Shown here one piece after another: positions 17,901 to 26,339 of a DNA stretch of 64,000 nt. The DNA lies in contig CAZRCF010000001.1 in NCBI GenBank assembly GCA_964598505.1, forward strand, positions 150,543-214,542, read 5' to 3'. Under the pieces are notes generated by a model that did no database searches, had not been told where the DNA came from, and was given only the letters and a program-made list of their open reading frames with translations. Each line of letters begins with the position of its first letter. The stretch's first letter is position 1. The position numbers and the translations under genes were made by a program. The stretch is from an uncultured Lentimicrobiaceae bacterium (GTDB lineage: Bacteria > Bacteroidota > Bacteroidia > Bacteroidales > WCHB1-69).

Positions 17901-19614
17901 AGTTTTCGTCTCGTTTTTTGATAAGTTTTGGATATCTAATTTCAGCATATTTTGTAATTTCTGTAAGATCTGTTGGATTAAATTTTGAATTAGCTAATCC
18001 AACTCTTACAATACCGTAATTAGAAATCATACGAACTTCATTCTTATCTGTTTTTGTTACCGGACGAAGAAACTGTTGATTACTCATTATATATGATTTT
18101 CCATGAAGTTTGAAGTATTTCTCATTGACTGGAGAAGGAACTTTTAATTCGACAACATATGGTTCTTTTTTACCACCATTCATATTTTGAAGAGTAACTT
18201 TATAATTAATAAATCTATTTGAATTATCATCTTCAACGGAAGATTCGATCTTTTTTATTTTAATTGGGTATTCAGTTCCAATGGATTCTAATGAATTAAA
18301 CAGTTTTGATACATTTTCATGAATAGCAGTTTCAAATTCAAATTTCTGACGATGTTGACCAGTTGTGTATTTTAAATCAATAATCTTACTAGGATTAATA
18401 ATATTATTTGATTCGGAAATATTTAAATCATTTTTATAATAATCAATTTGTTTTAATTTATTAAATAATAAATTTGGTTTATGAAGATACTCATCTGGAA
18501 CAATATCTGAACCTGAAATTGAATAATTAATAGCTCTCAATACTAAATCCTCAGCTTGTTCCTGATTTGGTTTAGTTTTATTATTTTCAATATATTTATT
18601 CAAAGCTATTTGAACATTAGCAACAATATCAGGATCTGTAATTTTATGAGATTTTAAAGCTTTTCTTAATTCTTCTTGATTAAGTTTAACTCGAATTCCG
18701 GAAGTATCTGGATCTTTGTCAGCTACTAGAGTTGAAGTTTGAAGTGATTTAACAATTCCAGAAATGAAAGAAGGTTCTTTATTTTCTTCAGTTGTATCTT
18801 CATTTTCTTGTTCATTTTCTGGTTTATTTATTGAACCATCTTCTGTTTCTCCTGCTATAGCATTTTCCTTAGATTTGTTAATATCTTCTATTTCCGTATT
18901 TACTTCAATATATTGTTTTAATTTTAAAAGATTAGCAACAACTAATTGAGTTTCAGATTTATCTATATCAAATATTGGAATAGTTACTTCCTGACAATCT
19001 GATATAAGACTAAATTCATCAAAGAATTTAATAGATTTTAAATCATCAGCTTTGATGAATGATCTAAGATTTAAAAAAATATTATATAATCTTCCACTCT
19101 GGTTCTTAATAAGAAATACCATTTCAACATTGTAATCTTGATTGTTTGATTTAATTTGTTTATATAATGTGGCAAGCTCTTCGAAGAGTTGTCGAACAAC
19201 AGTCTTTTCCGAATATCTTTGCATCATAAATTCTAATGCTTGGCTCCACACTGTTGCATCATAAAAATAATAATTACTTGTTTTATGAGATGTTAATATT
19301 TCTTTCTCAGATTTTTCAATTATTAAACTATTTAAAACTCGTATTTTCTTACCAATTTTTTGATCTGATATATTAGAAGATAGCTTCTTTTTGACATCGA
19401 AAAAGTGAGCTTTGCCGCTAAATTTTCTTTTACCTATTGTAAGAACTTTACTTGGACAAACAAGTCCCATACAATTTGATAATAAGAAATTAGAATTATA
19501 AATTTCTGTAGATATATCAAGATTTGTATCTGGTAACATAATAAATATTGTTTTCTTATCAACATATATTTTTGTTTTTATAACATATGCTGGATGAATT
19601 GAACTATAATTCAT
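14920..19614 (-). CDS. multisubunit RNA polymerase beta-subunit homolog, full-length fused form (1564 aa)
   Basis: Beta motifs in order: IHPSQYG..STPEYVDVGL (CPIETPEG region), TPFQNQVDSDRLTLARTHSNQ (IPFLEHDDANRALMG), NRFGAKGVLSKL (GRHGNKGV), GGGQSIAGLDIYSF (GGQRFGEMEVWAL). Confidence 0.85.
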   Translation of the reverse strand: MNYSSIHPAYVIKTKIYVDKKTIFIMLPDTNLDISTEIYNSNFLLSNCMGLVCPSKVLTIGKRKFSGKAHFFDVKKKLSSNISDQKIGKKIRVLNSLIIEKSEKEILTSHKTSNYYFYDATVWSQALEFMMQRYSEKTVVRQLFEELATLYKQIKSNNQDYNVEMVFLIKNQSGRLYNIFLNLRSFIKADDLKSIKFFDEFSLISDCQEVTIPIFDIDKSETQLVVANLLKLKQYIEVNTEIEDINKSKENAIAGETEDGSINKPENEQENEDTTEENKEPSFISGIVKSLQTSTLVADKDPDTSGIRVKLNQEELRKALKSHKITDPDIVANVQIALNKYIENNKTKPNQEQAEDLVLRAINYSISGSDIVPDEYLHKPNLLFNKLKQIDYYKNDLNISESNNIINPSKIIDLKYTTGQHRQKFEFETAIHENVSKLFNSLESIGTEYPIKIKKIESSVEDDNSNRFINYKVTLQNMNGGKKEPYVVELKVPSPVNEKYFKLHGKSYIMSNQQFLRPVTKTDKNEVRMISNYGIVRVGLANSKFNPTDLTEITKYAEIRYPKLIKKRDENSCEFNDGSIIYFTGESVYSSKDKNITTDTESGRLQDVETKELLKQNKYEFLFDTILDKIHTANPVDNLTKTKKALPYIWIYMGAIKMPLILYLWSQKGLLATLNDYGINYEVVETDTPEPGVFYVAQADGKFLKITPENLKQRVIVNALSTIKLKEPIKDLNDPQEIYNYIIQTYGTRSIILLRLNSENFVDPITKELLQFENMPTNLTELSSKVAVDQLLNKQMNSLSDLKIYRTRLSEIILNIVYKVIKLSHNTYRKRITEGDPQAAVFLDPDYIINSLLTDAGVLQNTEPVAPITEIMLSSRVTKGGKGGVPSRKSFKKEHRNIHPSQYGTMGAVSTPEYVDVGLTTHHTLTPVIINKYGSYGAKDITQLSGWQTLALDESLTPFQNQVDSDRLTLARTHSNQTTPISDSEQPLVCTGAEFIVPQLASPRFIHRAKQDGIITDVDKNKTLTVKYKDGTIDIFDIVPRMSRTKRGSYISLEMNTLGIDEKFKANQPIAFTKNFNQAGTYCAGKNINIALFNYMGLNHEDSYIISKELADQTLTDSVEEVQAIIPPNTKIINLEIEKGKHVKSGDILVEFSYEDSLDEYLDSTNLDIEDDDSESPKDIFSTGSKSIKLLAPEGEIVDIKVFINNKNSADKQLMSFHSNLVKEQKQVIAKLASVIKDKDKQLSITDNMDLSFINIGDHKLKGNIFVGSRIVYYIKRLKSVNIGDKLSNRFGAKGVLSKLLDPAPKGEFTEKIDIFISPISILGRKNVAMIKELYLGKIFFNANKKLEIMAEDPKIPNDKLAKFIIDLYNIVGPKKIAKQVAENVNSYSGNKLRQAIKDDKINLYCIVEPFEDIDFKSIRSAAEFLKIPLEEKVYIPEIDRWTDVPVPVGISYYMFLEHYSDVYSNVRGTGRFTGLTRQPTQGKNVGGGQSIAGLDIYSFLTYNANNIISELLGPRSDEHRVKREMYNSIMETGDMPSIPESSKTGGTKDIFNLYILGMGLNIT

Positions 19615-19633
19615 ATCGTAAATACCTCTCTTG

Positions 19634-19933
19634 TTAATTAAGTGTACGTCCCATTTCTTTTGGATTTAGATTTTTATATACCTCTTGACATACAATTTCG
19701 ATTTTTTCAAGTTCATCTGTGTTATTTTCTAGATATTTTAAAACTGTAAATATTGTTAAAAATATATTATGTAATGATTCATGTTCAATTTGTCCTGTTA
19801 ATTCTATATTTTTTATTAGATTTTCCATAATCTGATTACACTTGCAATTGATATCATTACATTCTGAACATTCACAGTTTTCATCTTCCTGAGATTTATC
19901 TTTAATTTTTTCATTTTCTGTAGTTGTTACCAT
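19634..19933 (-). CDS. Cys-rich hypothetical protein (99 aa)
   Basis: CECSECNDINCKCN cluster; ORF track. Confidence 0.5.
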   Translation of the reverse strand: MVTTTENEKIKDKSQEDENCECSECNDINCKCNQIMENLIKNIELTGQIEHESLHNIFLTIFTVLKYLENNTDELEKIEIVCQEVYKNLNPKEMGRTLN

Positions 19934-19942
19934 GGGTTAATC

Positions 19943-20440
19943 CTACCTATATTCTATGTCTTTGCCGAAAAGATCTAGAAAGTTGAGTTTTATTACATCT
20001 TTAAATATGTAAGTGTATATCCAATTAATATCACCATTTGTTTGATTTGGGATTACAGCTACCGGCACGATCTGTTTAAGTTCTAAATTATAATTAGTAA
20101 ATAGTAATGCTGGTTTATTCTTAAATTGACAAATTAAAAAAATAATCCACTGATTATGTTGTTTTCCTTCAACAGTAGATTTATTAAACCATTCAATGAC
20201 TTTTGTGTATTGCCAAAAACTTGGAGTATGTTGTTCATATCCTGTTTTGGTTTCAATAAGAAATGGAAAATTTGACCAATTAATCTGTGCCATTGGAAAG
20301 ATATCACCACAATAATTATGTTTAATTGCACCGCTAGTTGGTTCTCTTTTTAATGCATGTTCTTCATCGAACATCCATATAGAAAGCGTTTTAGCTGTAT
20401 CTCTTTCCATTTTATTTCCTTTAGCTTTTCCTTGTACCAT
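19943..20440 (-). CDS. PD-(D/E)xK nuclease-like protein (Hjc/RecU-type resolvase candidate)
   Basis: KGNKMERDTAKTLS near the N-terminus, then GDIFP ... FLIETKTG (a D...E-x-K pattern). Start set at MVQGKAKG with AAGGAA upstream. Confidence 0.4.
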   Translation of the reverse strand: MVQGKAKGNKMERDTAKTLSIWMFDEEHALKREPTSGAIKHNYCGDIFPMAQINWSNFPFLIETKTGYEQHTPSFWQYTKVIEWFNKSTVEGKQHNQWIIFLICQFKNKPALLFTNYNLELKQIVPVAVIPNQTNGDINWIYTYIFKDVIKLNFLDLFGKDIEYR

Positions 20441-20475
20441 TTTTTTATTCCTTATTAGATTTTTAAAACAAAAAG

Positions 20476-20503
20476 AAATAACTCCCATTTAAGGGAGTTA
20501 TTT
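20476..20503 (-). terminator. intrinsic terminator
   Basis: Stem AAATAACTCCC/GGGAGTTATTT followed on the minus strand by CTTTTTGTTTT. Confidence 0.7.
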
Positions 20504-20509
20504 TAGAAA

Positions 20510-22288
20510 TTAATGATCTTGAGAATAACGTTCAAGAACAATTTTTTCAATAGGATCTAAAGTTGCATCACGATTATCAATTAATCCAACTTTAACAGCT
20601 CTATTAATATTTTCAAAAATAAGAGAAGATAGCCATGAAAGTATATATGGTAATTTCTTTTGACCTACAATTGTTATATTTTTGTAATTAGTTAATCTAG
20701 CTGGTATGGTTAAATCTTCACTGTCTCTAAACATATTTGAAACAATTGCTTCAATGTGTATCATATCAATTCCAGCTAATTTGTCATGAATTGTCATTGT
20801 TAATACTTCTGGATTAGTGATATATTTTGCGCCGCCCTCGAAGAGCCTATCAACTGTTCTTTCATTAAAAGTATCATCATAATAATCTTGTTTTATAATT
20901 ATTTCACCAGGTTCGTAATTCATAGTTATTATATGACCATCTTCTATGACTTCCGCTGGTTTAAATACGTCAACCATGATTGCAAAAGGTAATGTTATAA
21001 AATTAATATCTGGTGATTCACCATATTGAACAGTTAGTACTCCGATTGTTTGATATTTATCTCCACAATCAATTAATGAAATATCATTATATTCCGTATC
21101 ATCTATAGATATACTACATTGTGTTTTTGCAATTATTTCATTCTTTTTAATTTCAAGAATATTATTAAATTGCTTAATATCAATTCCAGCTTTTTTAATC
21201 ATATCAATAAAATCTACTTCTTTTGTATTTATCGAAGATGATTTGTGTCTCATTTTCATCATCGAATTTATACCAATTTGATTTGCTGCTCCACTTGCCA
21301 GTATTCCAATATTAATTGTGTTTAATGTTTTATAAAGATTGCCATAGCAAGTTGGACAAATGCCGGATTTTGAAATACAATATAATGGAGATCTTAATTT
21401 AATCTTTTTATTAATAATTTGATCTGCGGAAATTATGTTTTTAATTGAACCAGATTGTGATACATAATTTCTTTGCAAAAGAAGATCGGCAAGATCTTCA
21501 GTGATAACTAAATCAAATGTTCTTTTTGTTCCACAATCTTCGTTTTTAACATCTATCTGTAATCCTGCGTTTGCTTGAACCATTTTTCTAGTAAGATATC
21601 CTGGATGTGCTGTTAGAGCAGATCTTATATAAAAGTTTTTACGTGCTTCTGAACCTGCATTATAATAATCTATTTTTCCATAACCAGTGTTTAAACTGGT
21701 TGTAATAGGTCCAAGAAGTTTACCTTCAATATCAATTGCATAACCTTTTGCTACTAATAATGCTCCCCAATCGGAAATAGGATTTCCTTTTGTTCCAGAA
21801 GACATTATATCATTTGCTCTAAATCCTGATTCTTCGAAATATGATAATAACTCTTTTGTAAGTTTTTCAGCTTCTTTTTTAAATTCAACAGGATCAAGTT
21901 TACTTGCTGTTTTTTCAAACTCATCTCGTTTCTTAACCCATTCTGCAGGTGGAACAAACATATCGATTGTAAATGTATTTGGGGAAATACTAGCTAATTT
22001 AAAAGCTTCAGTTTGAAGTTTTGAAACAATATCTACAGCTTCTTCTGTACCATATTTATTATACATTTCAATAATAATTTTATTCATCAGGTTTTGATTA
22101 ACTGGTTCATTTACTAATGGATAATCCGCAGGCAATAATTGATTAAACCATATCCGACCAAGAGTCAGATTAACACTTTTTCCATTAGTCTTTTTTGGAT
22201 GAGAATATGATACTTTTGAAGAAAGTTTTTTCCCATCTTTAATTAAATCATATATATTGTCTGATGTTGAAATTGGTTGTGCCGACAT
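20510..22288 (-). CDS. multisubunit RNA polymerase beta-prime homolog, C-terminal module (bridge helix + trigger loop)
   Basis: SGTKGNPISDWGALLVAKGY (SGARGS..QLAGMRGL), ARKNFYIRSALTAHPGYLTRKMV (bridge helix), EDCGT, GILASGAANQIG..MKMRHKSS (trigger loop region). Confidence 0.8.
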   Translation of the reverse strand: MSAQPISTSDNIYDLIKDGKKLSSKVSYSHPKKTNGKSVNLTLGRIWFNQLLPADYPLVNEPVNQNLMNKIIIEMYNKYGTEEAVDIVSKLQTEAFKLASISPNTFTIDMFVPPAEWVKKRDEFEKTASKLDPVEFKKEAEKLTKELLSYFEESGFRANDIMSSGTKGNPISDWGALLVAKGYAIDIEGKLLGPITTSLNTGYGKIDYYNAGSEARKNFYIRSALTAHPGYLTRKMVQANAGLQIDVKNEDCGTKRTFDLVITEDLADLLLQRNYVSQSGSIKNIISADQIINKKIKLRSPLYCISKSGICPTCYGNLYKTLNTINIGILASGAANQIGINSMMKMRHKSSSINTKEVDFIDMIKKAGIDIKQFNNILEIKKNEIIAKTQCSISIDDTEYNDISLIDCGDKYQTIGVLTVQYGESPDINFITLPFAIMVDVFKPAEVIEDGHIITMNYEPGEIIIKQDYYDDTFNERTVDRLFEGGAKYITNPEVLTMTIHDKLAGIDMIHIEAIVSNMFRDSEDLTIPARLTNYKNITIVGQKKLPYILSWLSSLIFENINRAVKVGLIDNRDATLDPIEKIVLERYSQDH

Positions 22289-22293
22289 AATAA

Positions 22294-22479
22294 TTACCTC
22301 TGTATCTGATTATTAATATTTGATAATTTACTATTCATCTTTTTAATTCTACTAAATGCTCCACGATTAGGGGTTAGTTGAACTCCTGGAAGATTTTTCT
22401 TTTTTGTTCTTACTTTAAACTTGTTTTGTGACGACCACGGAGACATAAAATTTTCGAATAATTCTTTAATCGAAATCAT
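22294..22479 (-). CDS. small basic hypothetical protein (61 aa)
   Basis: Start moved to an ATG overlapping the end of the upstream ORF; basic C-terminus. Confidence 0.4.
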   Translation of the reverse strand: MISIKELFENFMSPWSSQNKFKVRTKKKNLPGVQLTPNRGAFSRIKKMNSKLSNINNQIQR

Positions 22480-22666
22480 AACGATATCCTTTCTTTCCAG
22501 TCGATGGTTTTGAATACGATCCATCAAATTCTGGGGATTGTGAATAAGTATCAGTTTTATTAAGTTCAGATTGATACTTTAAAATTTTTATACAATATTT
22601 GTTTAGATTTATACATTTCTTTTTTGAACGAGTACGAAATTCACATGAGAAACAGGGCGAATCCAT
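22466..22666 (-). CDS. small Cys-containing hypothetical protein (66 aa)
   Basis: Start set at MDSPCFSCEF with AAAGGA upstream. The longer track ORF would start at GTG next to the tRNA. Confidence 0.4.
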   Translation of the reverse strand: MDSPCFSCEFRTRSKKKCINLNKYCIKILKYQSELNKTDTYSQSPEFDGSYSKPSTGKKGYRYDFD

Positions 22667-22690
22667 GATAAATCCTTTCACAAGATAAGA

Positions 22691-22766
22691 TGGAGCTGAT
22701 GGAGGGAGTCGAACCCCCGACAGGTTGATTACAAATCAACTACTCTTCCAACTGAGTTACATCAGC
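22691..22766 (-). tRNA. tRNA-Thr (anticodon UGU), encoded CCA
   Basis: Hand-folded 76-nt cloverleaf. Acceptor GCTGATG/CATCAGC, D arm ACTC-AGTTGGAA-GAGT, anticodon arm GTTGA-TTTGTAA-TCAAC, T arm GGGGG-TTCGACT-CCCTC. Confidence 0.88.
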
Positions 22767-22782
22767 TTTTGTACATTAAATA

Positions 22783-25542
22783 TTATCCACAAGATCCTTG
22801 ATTATAACTACAATTATTACAGAAATAACATGAACCTAATCGTCTCATAGTGTTTCCGCAATTTGGGCATATTGGTCCTAAAATTTCTTTAGAATCAATT
22901 GTTTTTATTTCTTCTTTTTCGAGTAAGATTCCATTTGAATCTGAAGCTTGAATTAATCCCAATTCAATTTGATCTTCTTTTTCAAGAAATTTTAAACCGA
23001 CATATCTTGCAATATAATCTACAATACTATGGGCTATTCTAATATCAGGATTTGAAGTAAAACCATTTGGTTCAAATTTAAGATGTGATAGTTTGCGAAT
23101 TAAATCCTTTAACGGAACACCATATTGTAGGGAAATACTTATTACTGTTGCAAGTGCGTCAGCAAACCCAGATATTACAGATCCTTCTTTTGACACATTT
23201 ACGAAGACCTCGCCGAGTTTATTAGAATTCGCGTATAATCCACACGTGATGTATCCTTCACTACTTCCAATTCTAAACTTATGAGTAATAGACATTCTCT
23301 CGTCTGGGAGTTTCTTTCTTGTTAATTTAGTTGGAATTGTTTCTTTTAATTCTTCTTTTTTAGAAGAATTGTCTGTTGTTGATAATGGTTGAAAATTTTT
23401 ACTTCCATCTCTATAAATTGTAATTCCTTTTAATTCCATTTTCCAAGCTTCAATATAGAGATTATATATTTCATCAACTGTAACATCTTTTGATAAATTA
23501 ATTGTTTTACTGATTGCTCCACTTAAGAATGGTTGAACCGCTGCACACATTTTTACATGTCCCATATAATCTATACAAAGATTGTTTGTATTGGGAGTTG
23601 GTGCAGCTGTTAGAAATACTTCTCTATGTTTCCATTCTTTAAATTTTGTTATTGAATGAGGTTCTTCCCCACTTCCACTAATTAATTCATTTACTAATTC
23701 TGGAATTTCATTTTCAGAATATCCTAAATTCAATAGAGATTCTTCAACTATTGGATTGACTGTTTTTAAAGTTGCCCCATCAGATCCAGCCAATCTTTTA
23801 TATCTTATTAAACTATATTCTGGTTCAATTCCAGTAGTGATTGAATTCATTAGAAAGCTAATTGTTCCAGTTGGAGCTAATAAACTGACTTGAGCATTTC
23901 TAAATTTCTTTCTTTTAATAACTTCTTCCCAGTTGCTGGTACAGAATTTCTTTATTGTTTTTGTATAGAATTCTTCGTTATTAACTTCTTCCCAGTTGCT
24001 GGTACAGAATTTCTTTATTGTTTTTGTATAGAATTCTTCGTTATTAACTTCGAAAAATATAACATCTTTAAATAACTCTTGAACTTTATCATAATGTTGT
24101 TTTAATACTCTTTTAAAGGGTGCGTCATTGGCATCAAATCTATTAAATTCTCCAACTTTATCTGCAAGATCTGCACTTGTATTATATGCTATTCCTGTCA
24201 TAAGAGCAGTTAATCCAGCTGCAACAAATCTTCCTTCATCACTATCATATGGAAGTCCGAGCCACATTAGTAGACCACCAAGATTAGTATATCCAAGGCC
24301 AAGGTTTCTATAAGAAGCTGTTCTTAATCCTATGTCTAGACTTGGGTAACTCGATTTATCGATTAAAATATCTTGTGCAGTAATAACTGTTCTAATTACA
24401 TCTTCAAATGTTGCTATATCAAAAATAATATTATTTTCTTTATTTCTTGAAAAGAATTTTAGTAGGTTAATTGACGCTAGATTACAACTTGTGTTTGCTA
24501 ATGCCGCATATTCACCACATGGGTTGGTTGACTCAATAATACCATCATTTGATACTGTATTCCATTTATTAAAAGCATCATGAAATTGAATACCTGGATC
24601 TGCAATTTTCCAACTCATTTCCGCAATTTTTCTTAATAGAGCTTTTGCTGTATATGTTTTATATGTTGCTTTTGTTTTAACGAATTTAGTATCCCAATGT
24701 TCATCATTTATAACTTTACGCATAAACACATCAGGAATTCTAACTGATATATTTGTGTTTTGAAAATAAACTTCATCGGCAAGATCATATCCCGGTCTAT
24801 TTTTTATACCAGCTTTTCTTAAAACTGCTAATTTTTCTTCTTCATAAAGTTTACAATTAATGAATTCTTCAATATCAGGATGGTTCATATTTAGACAAGC
24901 TAATTTTGCACTTCGTCTTAATGTGCCTCCAGATTTGACTACGCCCGCGAGGGTATCGTGAGCTTTAAGAAAACTGATTGGTCCACTTGCTGTGCCTCCA
25001 CCACTAACTGCTTCCTTAGAACTTCTTAAATTACTTAAATTAGATCCAGCTCCAGAACCTTTCTTAAAAATTTGAGCTTCAAGTTTTCCAAGTTCTGTAA
25101 TTGAATCCATATTATCTTGAACACCAAGAATAAAACAAGCACTTGTTTGAGGTAATTCCTGAACCCCACAGTTGAAATAAACTGGTGAATTAAAAGCAAA
25201 ATATCTGTTCATTTGATAATATTTTAACTTATAGTTAAAATCCCATTTTTCATGATCGGATTCATCCGGATATTTATCAGAAGAATGTTTTCCGAAATAT
25301 TCTTGTTCTACTCCCCAATTAGAAATTGTATCACTAACTCTGTCAATCATTTGTTTAAGAGATGTTTCTTTATATTTTGAATTATTACAGAGATATCTGC
25401 TAGCGACTACTGCAGCAGCGTTATCATCAAAATCTTTAGGAAATTCAATTTTATCACTAAAAACTATATCTCCATTAGGAGATTTAATTTCTACATTTTT
25501 AATTTCAAATTCTATGTCTTTATAAGGATCTTTTGGGTTCAC
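22783..25542 (-). CDS. nrdJ: class II (adenosylcobalamin-dependent) ribonucleotide reductase NrdJ with C-terminal zinc ribbon
   Basis: TNPCGE active-site motif, RNAQVSLLAPTGTISFL, and a C-terminal CPNCG...CYFCNNC. GTG start with GGAGG 8 nt upstream. Confidence 0.88.
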   Translation of the reverse strand: MNPKDPYKDIEFEIKNVEIKSPNGDIVFSDKIEFPKDFDDNAAAVVASRYLCNNSKYKETSLKQMIDRVSDTISNWGVEQEYFGKHSSDKYPDESDHEKWDFNYKLKYYQMNRYFAFNSPVYFNCGVQELPQTSACFILGVQDNMDSITELGKLEAQIFKKGSGAGSNLSNLRSSKEAVSGGGTASGPISFLKAHDTLAGVVKSGGTLRRSAKLACLNMNHPDIEEFINCKLYEEEKLAVLRKAGIKNRPGYDLADEVYFQNTNISVRIPDVFMRKVINDEHWDTKFVKTKATYKTYTAKALLRKIAEMSWKIADPGIQFHDAFNKWNTVSNDGIIESTNPCGEYAALANTSCNLASINLLKFFSRNKENNIIFDIATFEDVIRTVITAQDILIDKSSYPSLDIGLRTASYRNLGLGYTNLGGLLMWLGLPYDSDEGRFVAAGLTALMTGIAYNTSADLADKVGEFNRFDANDAPFKRVLKQHYDKVQELFKDVIFFEVNNEEFYTKTIKKFCTSNWEEVNNEEFYTKTIKKFCTSNWEEVIKRKKFRNAQVSLLAPTGTISFLMNSITTGIEPEYSLIRYKRLAGSDGATLKTVNPIVEESLLNLGYSENEIPELVNELISGSGEEPHSITKFKEWKHREVFLTAAPTPNTNNLCIDYMGHVKMCAAVQPFLSGAISKTINLSKDVTVDEIYNLYIEAWKMELKGITIYRDGSKNFQPLSTTDNSSKKEELKETIPTKLTRKKLPDERMSITHKFRIGSSEGYITCGLYANSNKLGEVFVNVSKEGSVISGFADALATVISISLQYGVPLKDLIRKLSHLKFEPNGFTSNPDIRIAHSIVDYIARYVGLKFLEKEDQIELGLIQASDSNGILLEKEEIKTIDSKEILGPICPNCGNTMRRLGSCYFCNNCSYNQGSCG
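23920..24045. repeat. perfect 63-bp tandem duplication (2 copies, plus 6 bp of a third) inside nrdJ
   Basis: Positions 23920-23982 and 23983-24045 are identical. In-frame, duplicating the 21 aa EVNNEEFYTKTIKKFCTSNWE. Confidence 0.95.
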
Positions 25543-25582
25543 TACTTTGCCTCCATATTATATTTTATTAAAAATAAAAAGC

Positions 25583-25616
25583 GATAAGAGTAATTAAGAA
25601 ATTAATTACTCTTATC
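25583..25616 (-). terminator. terminator-like hairpin located inside the nrdJ leader (possible attenuator)
   Basis: Perfect 15-bp stem GATAAGAGTAATTAA/TTAATTACTCTTATC with a 4-nt loop. Followed on the minus strand by GCTTTTTATTTTT. Lies between promoter copy 5 and the nrdJ SD. Confidence 0.6.
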
Positions 25617-25639
25617 AAAAAGATATGAGAGTATCTTCA

Positions 25640-25668
25640 AGAATAATATTTCTATATAACCCTTGCAA
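25640..25668 (-). promoter_or_regulatory. promoter-like element with ATATAGAAAT block (copy 5)
   Basis: Minus strand reads TTGCAA-GGGTT-ATATAGAAAT-AT-TATTCT (17-nt spacing between hexamers). The core is at 25648-25657. Confidence 0.55.
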
Positions 25669-25818
25669 ATATTAAATTTGTATTTGGTGACACCTATAAA
25701 CACCATTTTTATAAAAGGATGGTCACAAGGACCTCCAACCGACACACAGGTGTATTCCTGGATTCACACATCCAGGGTGGGATTGGGATCGCGCATGAAA
25801 ACAAAGACGCGGAGAGAG
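25669..25818 (-). ncRNA. GC-rich ORF-free structured region (candidate 3'-UTR-derived or independent RNA)
   Basis: Several hairpins: CGCG..CGCG, CTGGAT-GTGTGA-ATCCAG, GGTC-CTTGT-GACC, TGGTG..CACCA. GC is visibly far above the flanks. The only ORF is an implausible plus-strand one. Confidence 0.3.
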
Positions 25819-26322
25819 TTAAATAATTTTAAAGTGATCAGAATTTGTTATCTTAGATTTCTTATATAAGGTCATAAGAAAATTTTCAATATTCTGCCGA
25901 TATTCTAAATCTTTTGTATCTCTATGTTCACAATCAATTAACCAATTATTTGTTTTAATTTGTTTAAAATTTATTTCATCATATGTATTTAAATGATATA
26001 TTGCTAAATCAAACATCACATCTGCAAGATCTATAAACCCCATCCAAATTGTATATGCAATTGAATCGAATACTGTTCTGTCGCAAATTACAATATCATA
26101 AATATTTGTTAATTCAATTTCTGTTCTCATTTGATTTGTAAAAATCCAAAGCTGAGACTCCGCTGTGCCTTTTTTATTATAAAGACCTTTAGGAGCTCTT
26201 GCCGCATTATCATGAAAAACTGTAATGCTTTTGTCTGGATAAGCTAATTTAGCAGCTTTTGCCGAATCAAATACAGAAGTTGTCTTACCAGTTCCTTGTG
26301 TTCCTGTATATGCTATTTTCAA
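25819..26322 (-). CDS. P-loop NTPase (AAA_28 / NadR-kinase-like small kinase candidate), TTG start
   Basis: Walker A GTQGTGKTT and a Walker-B-like IVICDR. TTG start with AAGGAG 10 nt upstream. Confidence 0.55.
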   Translation of the reverse strand: MKIAYTGTQGTGKTTSVFDSAKAAKLAYPDKSITVFHDNAARAPKGLYNKKGTAESQLWIFTNQMRTEIELTNIYDIVICDRTVFDSIAYTIWMGFIDLADVMFDLAIYHLNTYDEINFKQIKTNNWLIDCEHRDTKDLEYRQNIENFLMTLYKKSKITNSDHFKII

Positions 26323-26339
26323 GATTTTATTTCTCCTTA

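Noticed and set aside
22783-25542. Intein or intron inside nrdJ (919 aa, long for some class II RNRs).
   Set aside because: - The reading frame is continuous with no intein block motifs (no C/S...HN-C/S/T boundaries were recognised).
- The extra length is explained by the 21-aa duplication, variable loops and the C-terminal zinc ribbon.
25543-25818. Cobalamin riboswitch upstream of the B12-dependent nrdJ.
   Set aside because: - I could not find a B12-box (GCCACTG-like) or the conserved GGTG..AA.TCC core on either strand.
- The GC-rich block lies upstream of, not downstream of, the predicted promoter.
- An Infernal scan with RF00174 would settle it.
25663-25869. Plus-strand 68-aa ORF in the GC-rich island.
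   Set aside because: - It is on the wrong strand relative to all other genes and has no SD.
- It overlaps the 3' end of the P-loop gene.
- The region is better explained by RNA structure.
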